From positions 6,796-70,795 of the forward strand of contig CAIWRI010000110.1 of NCBI GenBank assembly GCA_903915035.1: DNA of 64,000 nt, read 5' to 3'. The notes below the pieces were generated by a model, which was given only the letters and a program-made list of their open reading frames with translations, was not told where the DNA came from and ran no database searches. Each line of letters begins with the position of its first letter. Position 1 is the stretch's first letter. This document shows positions 1 to 10,634 of this stretch, piece by piece. Origin of the DNA: an uncultured Nitrosomonadales bacterium (GTDB lineage: Bacteria; Pseudomonadota; Gammaproteobacteria; Burkholderiales; Gallionellaceae). The position numbers and the translations under genes are program-made.

Positions 1-1919
1 CGCGGACAATCATTTTACAAGCGCAACAGCAGCAATTTATTTTCTCACTGCTGCTCACCATGCCCTTAGTTGCGCAAATGCTACTGATGTTTGCAGGCCG
101 TCATGCCATGCTGCCCTACTGGCTGCAATTTGTACTCGCGACTCCCGTGCAACTCTGGATAGGTGCGCATTTTTACAGCGGCGCCTGGCGTGCGTTAAAA
201 GGCGGCGGCGCAAACATGGATGTGTTAGTCGCGCTGGGCACCAGTGCAGCTTATTTATTGAGCTGCGCCGTCTGGCAGCTTAACCTTGAACAGCCTGTCT
301 ATTTTGAAGCCAGCGCCACGCTGATCACGCTGGTGTTGTTAGGCAAGTTGCTAGAAGCGCGCGCCAAGGGAAAAACCTCAAGCGCACTGGAAGCACTGCT
401 CAAGTTACAACCGAAAACAGCACTTGTCGAACGTGACGGATTGATGCAGGAAATCACCATTGAACAAATGCGCGTGGAGGACATATTTCTGGTTCGCGCA
501 GGCGAAGCCGTGCCGGCAGACGGTCTCGTGCTTGAGGGCAGCTCCAGCATTGATGAAGCCATGTTGACCGGTGAGAGCCTGCCGCAGTCGAAACAGACGG
601 GTGACACAATTTACGCTGCCACGCTCAATGGACAGGGATTGTTAAAATGCCGCGCGCAGGCGACAGGCTCACATACTCAGTTAGCCGCCATCATCCGTCT
701 GGTGGAACAGGCGCAAAGTTCAAAGGCCGCGATTCAAAAACTTGCCGACAAAATTTCCGCCATCTTCGTGCCGGCAGTGGTGTTAATCGCCCTGACAACC
801 TTTGCTGCGTGGTGGCTGGCGGGTGCAGGATTTAGCACTGCGCTGATCAATGCCGTCGCCGTGCTGGTCATCTCCTGCCCCTGTGCGTTGGGCCTGGCCA
901 CGCCAACCGCACTGGTCGTTGCCACCGGACGTGCCGCCCAGAACGGCATACTGGTCAAAGATGCACAAGCGCTGGAACGCGCCTATCAACTCAACGTGCT
1001 ACTGGTGGACAAAACCGGCACGCTGACAGAAGGCAAACCTCAAGTGACCGACCTGTTGCCGGCAGCCGCAAGCACTGAGGCCGATTTATTGCACATTGCC
1101 GCCAGCCTGGCGCAAGGCTCTACCCACCCGCTGTCGCGTGCGCTGACAGAGCAGGCTAAAAATCAACCGCGACTACAGACAGAGAGCATCAGCGAACTGT
1201 CGGGGCTGGGTCTGCATGCGCGGATAGATGGACAATTTTATCTGCTAGGCTCCCCCGCCTACGCAAAACAGCAAGCCGTAGCGATTGATGAAGCGGCTAT
1301 TTTGGCATTGCAGCAGGAAGGCAAAACCGTGCTTGTCATTGCCCGTGATACTACCTTACTGGGCTATATCGCTATTGCCGACCAACTGCGCGCCAGCAGC
1401 CGGGCTGCGGTAGCAAAGCTGCATGAACTCGGGATACGCGTGGTGATGCTCAGCGGCGATAATCAGGCAACCGCACAAGCGATCGCTAAACAGGCCGGCA
1501 TCAGCGAATTTCGCGCCGAAGTGCTGCCACAGGATAAGGCAGCCCTGCTGGAATCATTTAAGTTTGGTGAACAATTGGTTGGCATGGCGGGCGACGGCCT
1601 TAACGATGCGCCGGCGCTGGCGGCAGCTGATGTCAGTTTTGCGATGAAGAGCGGCAGCGACATCGCCATTGAAGCGGCGGATATTACGCTGATGCGCAAT
1701 GATCTGATGAGCGTAGTGGATGCGATTTCACTGTCGCGTGCCACTATATCAAAAATCCGCCAGAATTTGTTCTTCGCCTTCGGCTATAACGCGTTAGGCA
1801 TACCACTGGCCGCATCAGGGATGCTCAATCCGGTCATTGCAGGACTGTTAATGTCACTGAGCTCGGTCTCGGTAGTGAGCAATGCCCTGCTGCTCAAACG
1901 CTGGCGCTCACAAAGGTGA
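1..1919 (+). CDS. copA: Copper-translocating P1B-type ATPase, 5'-truncated by the window edge
   Basis: The frame is open from the first bases of the window, with no stop before the ATG at 60, so the N-terminus lies upstream. Motifs: [11 protein letters not shown] (CPC metal site), DKTGTLT (phospho-Asp), [10 protein letters not shown] (hinge). Confidence 0.9.
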   Translation, partial: RTIILQAQQQQFIFSLLLTMPLVAQMLLMFAGRHAMLPYWLQFVLATPVQLWIGAHFYSGAWRALKGGGANMDVLVALGTSAAYLLSCAVWQLNLEQPVYFEASATLITLVLLGKLLEARAKGKTSSALEALLKLQPKTALVERDGLMQEITIEQMRVEDIFLVRAGEAVPADGLVLEGSSSIDEAMLTGESLPQSKQTGDTIYAATLNGQGLLKCRAQATGSHTQLAAIIRLVEQAQSSKAAIQKLADKISAIFVPAVVLIALTTFAAWWLAGAGFSTALINAVAVLVISCPCALGLATPTALVVATGRAAQNGILVKDAQALERAYQLNVLLVDKTGTLTEGKPQVTDLLPAAASTEADLLHIAASLAQGSTHPLSRALTEQAKNQPRLQTESISELSGLGLHARIDGQFYLLGSPAYAKQQAVAIDEAAILALQQEGKTVLVIARDTTLLGYIAIADQLRASSRAAVAKLHELGIRVVMLSGDNQATAQAIAKQAGISEFRAEVLPQDKAALLESFKFGEQLVGMAGDGLNDAPALAAADVSFAMKSGSDIAIEAADITLMRNDLMSVVDAISLSRATISKIRQNLFFAFGYNALGIPLAASGMLNPVIAGLLMSLSSVSVVSNALLLKRWRSQR

Positions 1920-3932
1920 CAGCAGCAGGCTCTCGCGCAGTTTTTTCAGCTGATCGCGCAAAGTGGTAGCTTGCTCGAATTCCAGATTTTTTGCCGCCGC
2001 TAACATTTCCTTTTCTAATCTTTTGATTTCGCGGGCGACCTCAGCCTTGCTCATCGCCAGATATTTCGCCTGTTGCTGCGCGGCCTTTTGATGATTGCGC
2101 GCGTCATCTATCTCATAAGTACCTTCGATGATATCCTTGATGCGCTTTTGCACGCCTTGCGGGGTAATGCCGTGCGCCAGATTGTGCGCTACCTGCTTGA
2201 TACGCCGGCGCTCCGTTTCATCCATCGCGCGCTTCATCGAATTAGTAATTCTGTCGGCATACAATATCGCCGTGCCGTGTAAATGCCGTGCTGCACGACC
2301 GATAGTCTGAATCAGCGAACGTTCGGAACGCAAAAAACCTTCTTTGTCCGCATCCAGAATCGCCACCAGCGACACCTCCGGTATATCCAGCCCTTCGCGC
2401 AACAGATTGATACCGATCAGCACATCGAAGACACCCAGACGCAGATCGCGAATGATTTCGACGCGTTCGACGGTTTCGATGTCAGAATGCAAATAGCGCA
2501 CCTTAATCCCGTGCTCGGACAGATATTCAGTAAGATCCTCCGACATGCGCTTGGTTAAGGTAGTGACCAGCACCCGTTCGCCGACTTTGATACGCTGATG
2601 GATCACCGACATCAGATCATCGACCTGATTGATGGCCGGGCGCACCTCTATCAGCGGATCGACCAACCCGGTGGGTCTGACCACTTGTTCTACCACCTGC
2701 CCTGCGTGCTCTGCCTCATAAACGGAAGGGGTGGCAGAGACAAACACACTCTGGCGCATGATGTGCTCGAATTCATCGAAGCGTAAGGGACGGTTATCCA
2801 TCGCGGAGGGCAGCCTGAAACCGTAATTGACCAGATTTTCCTTGCGCGCGCGATCGCCTTTATACATTGCCCCCACCTGCGGAATCATCACATGACTCTC
2901 ATCGAGGAACATCAGCGCATTGGGCGGCAGATAATCCAGTAAAGTGGGCGGCGGATCGCCGGCATTTCTGCCTGACAAGTGTCTTGAATAATTTTCAATC
3001 CCCTTGGTAAAACCGATTTCGGTAAGCATTTCCAGATCATGGCGGGTGCGCTGCTCAATGCGTTGCGCCTCAATCAACTTGTTTTCACCGATAAAATACT
3101 TAATGCGTTCAGCCAGCTCCACCTTGATGGTTTCGATGGCTTGCAGCACCGTGCTGCGCGGCGTCACATAATGACTGGACGGATAAACGGTATAGCGCGG
3201 TACTTTTTGCTGAATATGACCGGTCAAGGGATCAAACAAACACAAGGTTTCTACTTCATCATCGAACAGGCTGATGCGCAGGGCCTGCTCGCTGCTCTCC
3301 GCCGGAAAAATATCGATCACATCGCCTCTGACGCGAAACCTGCCGCGCGTGAAGTCAATATCGTTACGCTCGTATTGCATTTCAATCAGGCGCTTGATCA
3401 CCTCGCGCTGGTGCATTTTTTCGTTATTGCGCAGGTGCAGAATCATGCCATGGTAATCTACCGGATCACCGATACCGTAAATCGCCGATACCGTCGCAAC
3501 AATGATACAGTCTTCACGTTCGAGCAGCGCCTTGGTGGCCGACAGGCGCATCTGTTCGATCTGCTCATTGATTGCCGAGTCCTTCTCAATGAACACATCG
3601 CGCGACGGCACATACGCTTCAGGCTGATAATAGTCGTAATAGGAAACGAAGTATTCCACCGCATTTTCCGGGAAAAATTCGCGCATTTCCGAATACAGTT
3701 GCGCGGCCAACGTCTTGTTCGGTGCCATCACCATCGCTGGCCGCCCAAGCTCTGCAATCACATTCGCCATGGTAAAGGTTTTGCCGGAACCGGTCACACC
3801 CAGCAGCGTCTGGAACGCCAGACCATCATTGATCCCCTCAACCAGTTGCGCAATTGCAGTCGGCTGATCACCTGCCGGTGCAAAAGGCTGATGTAAACGA
3901 TAAGGACTATTGGGAAAGGTTTTGATATTCAT
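1908..3932 (-). CDS. uvrB: Excinuclease ABC subunit B
   Basis: The ORF runs 1908-3974. The likely start is MNIKTF (ATG at 3932), which places the GDQP..AI motif as in known UvrB. It has GVTGSGKT Walker A, a DESH box and a C-terminal UVR motif ([16 protein letters not shown]). Confidence 0.95.
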   Translation of the reverse strand: MNIKTFPNSPYRLHQPFAPAGDQPTAIAQLVEGINDGLAFQTLLGVTGSGKTFTMANVIAELGRPAMVMAPNKTLAAQLYSEMREFFPENAVEYFVSYYDYYQPEAYVPSRDVFIEKDSAINEQIEQMRLSATKALLEREDCIIVATVSAIYGIGDPVDYHGMILHLRNNEKMHQREVIKRLIEMQYERNDIDFTRGRFRVRGDVIDIFPAESSEQALRISLFDDEVETLCLFDPLTGHIQQKVPRYTVYPSSHYVTPRSTVLQAIETIKVELAERIKYFIGENKLIEAQRIEQRTRHDLEMLTEIGFTKGIENYSRHLSGRNAGDPPPTLLDYLPPNALMFLDESHVMIPQVGAMYKGDRARKENLVNYGFRLPSAMDNRPLRFDEFEHIMRQSVFVSATPSVYEAEHAGQVVEQVVRPTGLVDPLIEVRPAINQVDDLMSVIHQRIKVGERVLVTTLTKRMSEDLTEYLSEHGIKVRYLHSDIETVERVEIIRDLRLGVFDVLIGINLLREGLDIPEVSLVAILDADKEGFLRSERSLIQTIGRAARHLHGTAILYADRITNSMKRAMDETERRRIKQVAHNLAHGITPQGVQKRIKDIIEGTYEIDDARNHQKAAQQQAKYLAMSKAEVAREIKRLEKEMLAAAKNLEFEQATTLRDQLKKLRESLLLSPL

Positions 3933-4041
3933 GAGCCATTGTAACGGCAAATTGATCAGCATGGCTGCCTGCAAAATTGCATGGGCTGGTCAATTACGGG
4001 TACTATTCACTGACATTATGCTAACCTCCCCCTGACAGTGC

Positions 4042-4971
4042 ATGTTCGAACACTTTTTTTCTCACGATACGCCCGAACTCTTAGCGGCCATACAACGGGC
4101 AGTAAATAAAGTTGATCCGCTGCTCAGGCAGGACGGCAGTTACCCTGATGCTTACCATCTGCCGGTCATGACAGCCTTGCGTTATGCGCGGACACTCGCC
4201 TATAGCGTGCCAGGCCCTGTTGCCATTGATCATGATGCCTATGCGACGGATGCTTATGTACACGCGATCTTTCCTTCCATGGAAAGCTTCTCCGAAACAA
4301 TCAGCAGCAGTGTTCCCATGCAGGACTACCTGCGTGATCATGAGGGCAACAACGAAGTCTATGCCTTAATGGGCATGCGCCTTTGCGAAAAAAAAATGCC
4401 GGGCATGGAATTATCAGGCGAGGTGCTACAGCAAAATATAGAACAACAGATGGTGTATTTTATTCACCATACGCTGGAAAATCCGGCAGCGACTGAGCAA
4501 GAAACCCGGGATCAGCTGGCCTGGCGTTTTTTCGACAGTCTGGTTGACAAGGTGGCAAAGCGTGTCGTGTTACGTAAACAGGAATGGCAGGCAAGGCGGC
4601 AGCAAATCGCGTCGCTGATGGACACGATGCGAGTAGCCGATGACAGGACCCGTCCCGCTCTGGAAGAGGAGTTAGCTGCGATGCTGTCCGACGCTCCCCC
4701 TCCCAGCATGGCTTTGGGCCATTACGTTGAAGATTTTGCCGCAGTATTACTTAATCCCGAGCAATATCTGCGCCTGACACCGCGCTCCATCAATCTGGAT
4801 AACATGGGTATTAAGCGCGATAACGGTGACACAGGTAAAATGCTGATCTTTGATGAATTGATCGGCTTTGACCACCGTGACTGGACGGTGAACATCGTGC
4901 AATGCCGCGATATTCAAAACATACCTTTTACTGCACGGCTGGAAACAGCTTACCGCATGCTTTGCATTTAA
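4042..4971 (+). CDS. Hypothetical protein, 309 aa
   Basis: A long ORF in an otherwise empty interval, co-directional with its neighbours. There is no motif I recognise and no obvious Shine-Dalgarno, so the start is uncertain. Confidence 0.5.
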   Translation: MFEHFFSHDTPELLAAIQRAVNKVDPLLRQDGSYPDAYHLPVMTALRYARTLAYSVPGPVAIDHDAYATDAYVHAIFPSMESFSETISSSVPMQDYLRDHEGNNEVYALMGMRLCEKKMPGMELSGEVLQQNIEQQMVYFIHHTLENPAATEQETRDQLAWRFFDSLVDKVAKRVVLRKQEWQARRQQIASLMDTMRVADDRTRPALEEELAAMLSDAPPPSMALGHYVEDFAAVLLNPEQYLRLTPRSINLDNMGIKRDNGDTGKMLIFDELIGFDHRDWTVNIVQCRDIQNIPFTARLETAYRMLCI

Positions 4972-4986
4972 CCCGGCCTGACCTAC

Positions 4987-5382
4987 ATGAACCGCATTGG
5001 TAATATCGCATTTTTTACAGGCTTTCTCCTCAATATCGCACTGACGCTCTATGTCAAGGGCGGGTCCGTGGTAATGCAATTCAATAGCGACTGGCTGCAT
5101 CTGCTTAACGAATTACCTGAAACAGTTGCAACCCTCACCGTTGCCGTACTTCTGCCTTATGTCATGATCCGCTCGCAAAACCGGAACAAGCTGATCTCGG
5201 CGGGCAGTACCATGCTGTGTACCACCGTCATCAGCGGCACCATCATTCTGTTCACTCACACGGAACTGGCTCATATTCTGTCGCTCTATATCGGCTGGGT
5301 CATTTTGTGGTTCACCGCCTTTTATTTTTCGATGCTGGCGAATATCGACCGTCAAGCTCAATCCCGTTCAGATCAATCATAG
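4987..5382 (+). CDS. Hypothetical small integral membrane protein (about 4 hydrophobic segments)
   Basis: 131-aa ORF with four hydrophobic stretches judged by eye (e.g. IAFFTGFLLNIALTLYV, LTVAVLLPYVMI, LCTTVISGTIILF, IGWVILWFTAFYFSML). It starts 16 nt after the previous stop. Confidence 0.5.
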   Translation: MNRIGNIAFFTGFLLNIALTLYVKGGSVVMQFNSDWLHLLNELPETVATLTVAVLLPYVMIRSQNRNKLISAGSTMLCTTVISGTIILFTHTELAHILSLYIGWVILWFTAFYFSMLANIDRQAQSRSDQS

Positions 5383-5385
5383 AAA

Positions 5386-6084
5386 GTGCACATGTATTTA
5401 ACAACGTTGCTCATCGCCGGCCTGATGAGTTTGACCGGAATCGCTCAGGCAGACGATTTTAAGGCTGACTTAAGCGGTGATGTCGGCTTGGGCGCTGATT
5501 ATACAAGCCGCCTGGTCACCGGCCATAAAAATGCACTCATGCCCTATCTTGATGTGGAATATGACCGGTTTTTCGCCCGTATTGATACCTTAGGCATCAA
5601 AACCGGCAAGCTGGGCTATGGCTATGTTGAACTGGTCGGCCGTATCAGTCAGGACACAACCCGGACGGACAAAAGCGCAATTCCTTTGGGTATCGGCACG
5701 TTACAGGAAACCCCGTTAGGCGGCATCATGATCAATGCCTTCCACGATGTCAGCGGGTCACAAGGCAATTTGTTAGAAGCAATTTATGGCGGACAAATCG
5801 ACTTGCCCGGCATTACTTTTTACCCGCTGGCAGGACTGGAATATCAATCCGCAAACTATGTGCGTTGTTACTATAGTGAGCCTGGCCGATATCAAAACTG
5901 GCAACCCGCCGGCGCACTCAACAGCCTGGCAGGCTTAATCGCTGATATTCCGTTAGGCGGGGCATATCATTTAAATTTAAACTTGCGCCGCAAATGGCTG
6001 GCAGAGTCGATTCAATCAAGTCAGCTTGTGAATCAAAGCTATCTGGATAGCGCTTATCTGTCGCTCAGCTACCGGTTCAAATAA
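5386..6084 (+). CDS. MipA/OmpV-family outer-membrane protein
   Basis: Signal peptide (LLIAGLMSLTGIAQA) followed by alternating beta-strand-like sequence ending in YRF. The size and the PYLDVEYDRFFARID-type segment match the MltA-interacting MipA family. Confidence 0.7.
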   Translation: MHMYLTTLLIAGLMSLTGIAQADDFKADLSGDVGLGADYTSRLVTGHKNALMPYLDVEYDRFFARIDTLGIKTGKLGYGYVELVGRISQDTTRTDKSAIPLGIGTLQETPLGGIMINAFHDVSGSQGNLLEAIYGGQIDLPGITFYPLAGLEYQSANYVRCYYSEPGRYQNWQPAGALNSLAGLIADIPLGGAYHLNLNLRRKWLAESIQSSQLVNQSYLDSAYLSLSYRFK

Positions 6085-6180
6085 GTGCATCCGGTTGCTG
6101 TTATAGCATTAAACAAGTAGGATGCGCACTGTCGGTAAATTTAATGAAGTTTTAAGCGAATTACCAGTCTGGAATTTACG

Positions 6181-9048
6181 ATGAAAATCGCCCCCCGTCT
6201 CATCAGCTATTTTCTGATTGTACTGTCTTTATTCATAACTGACGCACTAGCGGATGAGGTGCATATCGGCGTACTGTCCTATCGTTCGCTGGCGCAAACC
6301 AGTGCGCAATGGCAGCCGACTGCAGATTATCTCAACAGTCATATTACTGGCAGCCATTTCAGCATCATTCCCCTGTATTACCACCAGCTTGAGCTTGCCA
6401 TCAATCACAAGGAACTGGATTTTGTACTGACAGATCCTGAACATTACGTCACGCTCCGGGAAGAGCGGGATATTTCGCTGTTAAGCACCATGACCCCGAC
6501 CATTTCAGGACATCCGGTCGATGCTTTCGGCGGTGTCATTTTCACTCTCGCCAACAGGCGCGACATCAATACTTTGGCTGATGTAAAAGGCAAAACCATC
6601 TCCTCCCCCGACATACAATCACTGGGGGGTTATCTGGCTCAACGCGCTGCGCTATATAAGCGGGGAGTGGAACTCAACGATCTGTCCGGCATAACGTTTA
6701 CCGGCATGCCGCACGACCAGGTCGTCTGGCAAGTTTTAGCCGGAAAAACAGCTATCGGCTTCGTGCGCACCGGCGTGCTGGAACAAATGGCACTGGAAGG
6801 AAAAATACAGCTGAAGCAGATTAAGATATTGAATCTGCAAAAAGAATTTCCACAAGCATTATCCACCGAACTGTATCCTGAGTGGCCATTTCTGGCCATG
6901 CCGAAGGCAGCCGAGGCGCTGACAAAGAATGTCACACTGGCCCTATTGCAGATTCAACCCGACAGCCCGGCAGCCCGGAGCGGCCAGTATTACGGATTTT
7001 CTCCGCCCGGCAACTACGCAAAAGTGGAAGCCTTGATGCGGCAATTGAATGTTAATCCGGAAACTGACCCTCTATTTGTCCTGCATGATGTACTGAAAAA
7101 ATATATGCTGGTTCTGATCGGAATGAGCCTGTTTTTGCTCGTTTTAGCAGCCTTCACCCTGTTGTATTTTGCCCGCATCAATCAAAAACTGCGTATCAGC
7201 TATGCCGCGGCAAAAAAACGCGATGATGAACTCAGAGACGCCAATGAAAGCCTGGAAGAGAAAGTACACAGCCGCACAAAGGAACTACAACTAAGCGAGC
7301 AGCGTTCCAGGAACGCGATAGCTGAACTGCAGCTACAAAAAATCGCGCTGAATGAACATGCAATTGTGTCTATCACCGATGTCAGCGGCGCAATGACCTA
7401 TGTGAATGACCGCTTCTGCCTGATCAGCCAGTATTCAAAAGAAGAGCTGCTGGGAAAAAGTTACGCCATGCTGGATGCCGGCATTCATCCAAAAGAATTT
7501 TTCAGCCACATGGAACAGGTCATTACGCGTGGTGAAGTATGGCATGAAGAAGTCTGCAATCGCGCCAGGGATGGCAGTCTGTACTGGCTGGATATGACCG
7601 TTGTTCCGTTTGTCGATGAGTTCAAAAAGCCTTATCAGTACATCGCCATCCGTACCGATATTACTTCACGAAAAAAATCGGAAGAAGCCTCTTTACAACT
7701 GTCGTTCTACGACACACTGACCGGCTTGCCCAACCGGCGTTTGTTGACAGCCCGCTTGAAACGTTTGTTAATGGCTAATGCGCGCACGCATGAGCACGGT
7801 GCAATTATTTATATTGATCTGGATAATTTCAAAAAGCTCAACGATGCCAGGGGACACGCGGCAGGTAATTTGCTGTTGATTGAAGTGGCCAAACGACTTA
7901 AAAACTGCGTACGAAAAGAGGACACCGTCTCGCGTTTGGGCGGTGATGAATTCGTTTTGGTGCTGCAGAGTTTAAGTATCCGGAATGAACTGGCCAATTC
8001 CGCAGCAGAGCGTGTCGCACAAAAAATATTGCATAAAATGAACCAGCCTTATCTGCTCAATGGCTACGAGTACTATAGTTCGCCCAGTATCGGCGTCACA
8101 CTGTTCTGTAGCGGCAAGCAAAGCGTAGATGACCTGCTCAAACATGCCGACAGCGCCATGTATCAATCCAAAAAGGCAGGGCGCAACACCATACGCTTCT
8201 ACGACCCGCACACGCAAGCTACCCTTGTTGCGCATCATGAAATGGAAACGGCATTGCGCCATGCATTAAAAAACCGGGAATTACAGCTTTACTATCAGAT
8301 GCAGGTCAATAGCTCAGGTCAGCCGATCGGTGCAGAGGCGTTATTACGCTGGCATCACACCAAGACAGGTATCGTCCCGCCGGATCAATTCATTCCTCTG
8401 GCAGAAGCAACCGGTCTGATCGTACCTATCGGACTCTGGGTATTGCAAACGGCTTGCGAGCAGCTTAAGCAATGGCAACAATCTCAGACTACCTGCGAAC
8501 TGGTGCTGGCCGTCAATGTCAGTGTACGACAATTCCGCGAAACCGACTTCGTCGCTCAGGTACGTCAGACGCTCACGGCAAGCGGTATTAATCCGGCATA
8601 TTTAAAACTGGAAATAACCGAAAGCATGATCATCGACAATATCGATGAAACAATCGACACCATGCATGCACTGAAGTCGCTGGGCCTGAAGTTTTCCATG
8701 GACGATTTTGGCACCGGCTATTCATCGCTGTCGATTATCAAGCGCTTACCACTGGATCAACTTAAAATCGACCGTTCTTTCGTCAACGATATTCAGCACG
8801 ATGCCTTCGACCGGGCGATTGTGCGCACCATCATTGCCATGGCACAAAGCATGAAGCTGAGTATCATTGCCGAGGGCGTAGAAACGGAAGCGCAGCATCA
8901 AATTTTGCTCAATAAGGGTTGCACCAGTTTTCAGGGCTATCTGTTTGGCAGAAAAGTGCCTATTGAACAGTTTGAAGCATCGCTGAGCAGTAAAATAAAG
9001 GCTGCAGATGACATTTCGACTTCCCTGAAAACTTCAGCTTACATTTGA
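6181..9048 (+). CDS. c-di-GMP turnover protein: periplasmic PhnD-like solute-binding domain, TM, PAS, GGDEF, EAL
   Basis: Signal/TM segment, then a PBP-like region, a second TM and a coiled coil. The PAS domain contains HAIVSITDVSGAMTYVNDRFC. The GGDEF motif is intact (RLGGDEFVL). EAL motifs are present (LEITES, DDFGTGYSSL, AEGVETE). Confidence 0.9.
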   Translation: MKIAPRLISYFLIVLSLFITDALADEVHIGVLSYRSLAQTSAQWQPTADYLNSHITGSHFSIIPLYYHQLELAINHKELDFVLTDPEHYVTLREERDISLLSTMTPTISGHPVDAFGGVIFTLANRRDINTLADVKGKTISSPDIQSLGGYLAQRAALYKRGVELNDLSGITFTGMPHDQVVWQVLAGKTAIGFVRTGVLEQMALEGKIQLKQIKILNLQKEFPQALSTELYPEWPFLAMPKAAEALTKNVTLALLQIQPDSPAARSGQYYGFSPPGNYAKVEALMRQLNVNPETDPLFVLHDVLKKYMLVLIGMSLFLLVLAAFTLLYFARINQKLRISYAAAKKRDDELRDANESLEEKVHSRTKELQLSEQRSRNAIAELQLQKIALNEHAIVSITDVSGAMTYVNDRFCLISQYSKEELLGKSYAMLDAGIHPKEFFSHMEQVITRGEVWHEEVCNRARDGSLYWLDMTVVPFVDEFKKPYQYIAIRTDITSRKKSEEASLQLSFYDTLTGLPNRRLLTARLKRLLMANARTHEHGAIIYIDLDNFKKLNDARGHAAGNLLLIEVAKRLKNCVRKEDTVSRLGGDEFVLVLQSLSIRNELANSAAERVAQKILHKMNQPYLLNGYEYYSSPSIGVTLFCSGKQSVDDLLKHADSAMYQSKKAGRNTIRFYDPHTQATLVAHHEMETALRHALKNRELQLYYQMQVNSSGQPIGAEALLRWHHTKTGIVPPDQFIPLAEATGLIVPIGLWVLQTACEQLKQWQQSQTTCELVLAVNVSVRQFRETDFVAQVRQTLTASGINPAYLKLEITESMIIDNIDETIDTMHALKSLGLKFSMDDFGTGYSSLSIIKRLPLDQLKIDRSFVNDIQHDAFDRAIVRTIIAMAQSMKLSIIAEGVETEAQHQILLNKGCTSFQGYLFGRKVPIEQFEASLSSKIKAADDISTSLKTSAYI

Positions 9049-9104
9049 ATCGTTCTATCTATTTAACGTCGGGCATATTTATAAAACTGTCAAGGGAGAG
9101 TCAA

Positions 9105-9959
9105 ATGAAAGCGCTTTCAAAACGGGGGTTGCTTCTGCTGTTCTGCCTGTCCGCTTGTACAGAGGAAAAGGCAAAGGCTCTTCAACTTGCGGCAGAGACA
9201 TTCAAGAACGAGGCCGATGCGGCATGCGCACTGGGCGCTGATAGTATCAAGGCTTCAGTTGCCATGCCCGAAATAACGCGCGGCGAAATCTCAAAGTCCC
9301 TGGCGGAGGCAAAGAAATTTGGCGCCAATGAACTGGACATAATCTATTCGTATTCCAGCATTGAGGACACGGGTATGAAGCCCTCTCTGGATACCTTGAG
9401 CAAGACCTGCCAAGCACAGCGGCAACTGGCCGCGATATACACCGATTTGCCGCATGGCTACTTGCTGTCAAACGATGATGTCAAAAAATCACAAAAATAT
9501 GTTGTGAATGTCACAGCGCGCTTTGCCAAACTTGCTCAGGTATTTGCATCGCTACCGGGTATAGGCAGGGATAATATTGCGCGGATCAAGATTATTGAGG
9601 CACGAACAAAGGCGATGGCAGTCACCGACGAAAATGTGCGTTTGCCGCTGCTGGACAGCGTCGCGGAAGCGATCCTCATTAATCAGACAAACGAGGCACA
9701 AAACCGGGCGCAAGTGATGACACAATTTGCCAAAACAGTTGTTCTCGGTGAAAAACTGGCTCACGCAAGCCTCGAATATGACAAGCTCTCCGTCACTGAC
9801 TTGCTGGATTCGCTCAGGGAATATTCCGCGCTGTATGGGAATATCACGGGTCGAACCTCCATAGCGGAAAACGCGCTCGAACGAATCAACAATGTTGAGA
9901 CACGGATCAAAAACGATCCCGGTCTTAGTCCGCTGCTTGATGCGGAACTTACCCAATAA
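9105..9959 (+). CDS. Predicted lipoprotein, function unknown
   Basis: The ATG at 9105 is preceded by AGGGAGAG. The N-terminus MKALSKRGLLLLFCLSAC has a lipobox (LSAC). The track ORF start at 9045 is a TTG with no ribosome-binding site. Confidence 0.6.
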   Translation: MKALSKRGLLLLFCLSACTEEKAKALQLAAETFKNEADAACALGADSIKASVAMPEITRGEISKSLAEAKKFGANELDIIYSYSSIEDTGMKPSLDTLSKTCQAQRQLAAIYTDLPHGYLLSNDDVKKSQKYVVNVTARFAKLAQVFASLPGIGRDNIARIKIIEARTKAMAVTDENVRLPLLDSVAEAILINQTNEAQNRAQVMTQFAKTVVLGEKLAHASLEYDKLSVTDLLDSLREYSALYGNITGRTSIAENALERINNVETRIKNDPGLSPLLDAELTQ

Positions 9960-9978
9960 TCCAATCCGGAGAAAAAAC

Positions 9979-10278
9979 ATGTCGACTCAAGACAATGATG
10001 CTGAAATGCTTCGCTTAATGGGGAACACCATTACTGATCTACAAATCGGCTACCGGGCGGCCTCTCTTGAAAATCAAGCCATCCTGGCGGCACCGTTGAA
10101 GGAAATGATTCAGGACTACGGAGACTATCAGGCGCGCCTTTTGAAATCCGGCACCATTACAGGTGACGCAGAACTCGCTGAAATGAATACAATTCAAAGC
10201 GCTATCAGCGATGCTGCAACGCAGCAAGAGCTGCTGGTCACGATTTCCAAGATTGTCGCACTGATCGCCTCCACGTAG
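9979..10278 (+). CDS. Hypothetical 99-aa protein, predicted helical
   Basis: The ATG at 9979 (MSTQDNDAEML) lies 20 nt after the lipoprotein stop. The longer track ORF from 9892 would overlap the upstream gene. Confidence 0.45.
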   Translation: MSTQDNDAEMLRLMGNTITDLQIGYRAASLENQAILAAPLKEMIQDYGDYQARLLKSGTITGDAELAEMNTIQSAISDAATQQELLVTISKIVALIAST

Positions 10279-10315
10279 TATTCGAAACACCGGTCGTTTG
10301 CTGGCTTGCGCCTGA

Positions 10316-10628
10316 TTTCTACTGGTATGCTTCCCTGTTCCGCCAGTCCTTGCCTGAATTTATTTCACCCGCACCTGACTTTATTTCATCCTTGGCGGAC
10401 TAGATCCGGTGAGTCGCGGATTGTATCCCGTCTACTACACCTTGTCTCCGGTACACTGCACCTTGCATTCCGGCGGGTGCTTATCCGGTAGAGGGGATCT
10501 CCTGTATCACTGAGGTCGTCTCCCGGCCGGGGTAAGTGAATCGCCTCGGGCCAGCGGCTGATATTTCAGAGCTAGCGAGAGATTTACTTTCGCGCGCCGC
10601 CGACTTGCTCGCACAGGACGTCAGTAAC
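10316..10628 (-). ncRNA. Candidate structured or protein-sponge sRNA (copy A of a two-copy non-coding element)
   Basis: About 90% nucleotide identity to 47985-48372 in inverted orientation. The substitution pattern is non-coding. I count 11 GGA on the minus strand versus 3 on the plus strand. A promoter-like sequence ends where the similarity begins. The strand and ends are tentative, and I saw no terminator. Confidence 0.35.
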
Positions 10629-10634
10629 GCCGCA

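Noticed and set aside
3039-3896. Long antisense ORFs lie inside well-supported genes, e.g. 3039-3896, 19239-19838, 38064-38741, 41436-42095, 44435-45319, 55945-56505, 56521-57222, 61384-62136, plus many shorter ones in the track.
   Set aside because: - Each lies entirely within, and opposite to, a gene with clear family motifs.
- Their translations are low-complexity and Arg/His/Gln-rich, typical of shadow frames.
- None has a ribosome-binding site or its own intergenic space.
10306-10491. Track ORFs 10306-10491 (+) and 48074-48361 (-) give similar peptides (SASPCLNLFHP.LTLFHPWRT.SGESR), which could suggest a duplicated small protein gene.
   Set aside because: - The similarity is a by-product of nucleotide identity.
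- The differences between the copies fall on codon positions 1, 2 and 3 without third-position bias, and most change the amino acid (H/R, R/I, I/T, V/A, G/S).
- The 70-nt insertion changes the downstream peptide completely.
- The start of one ORF is a TTG with no ribosome-binding site.
10316-10628. The two-copy element might be a riboswitch, RNase P RNA, tmRNA, 6S RNA, SRP RNA or a group II intron fragment.
   Set aside because: - Neither copy precedes a co-oriented gene.
- I could not find the hallmark motifs: the RNase P GGAAAGUCCGG, the tmRNA tag and tRNA-like ends, the B12 box, the TPP CUGAGA, or a group II domain V with GNRA loop and 5' GUGYG.
- This is a judgement from memory, not a covariance-model search.
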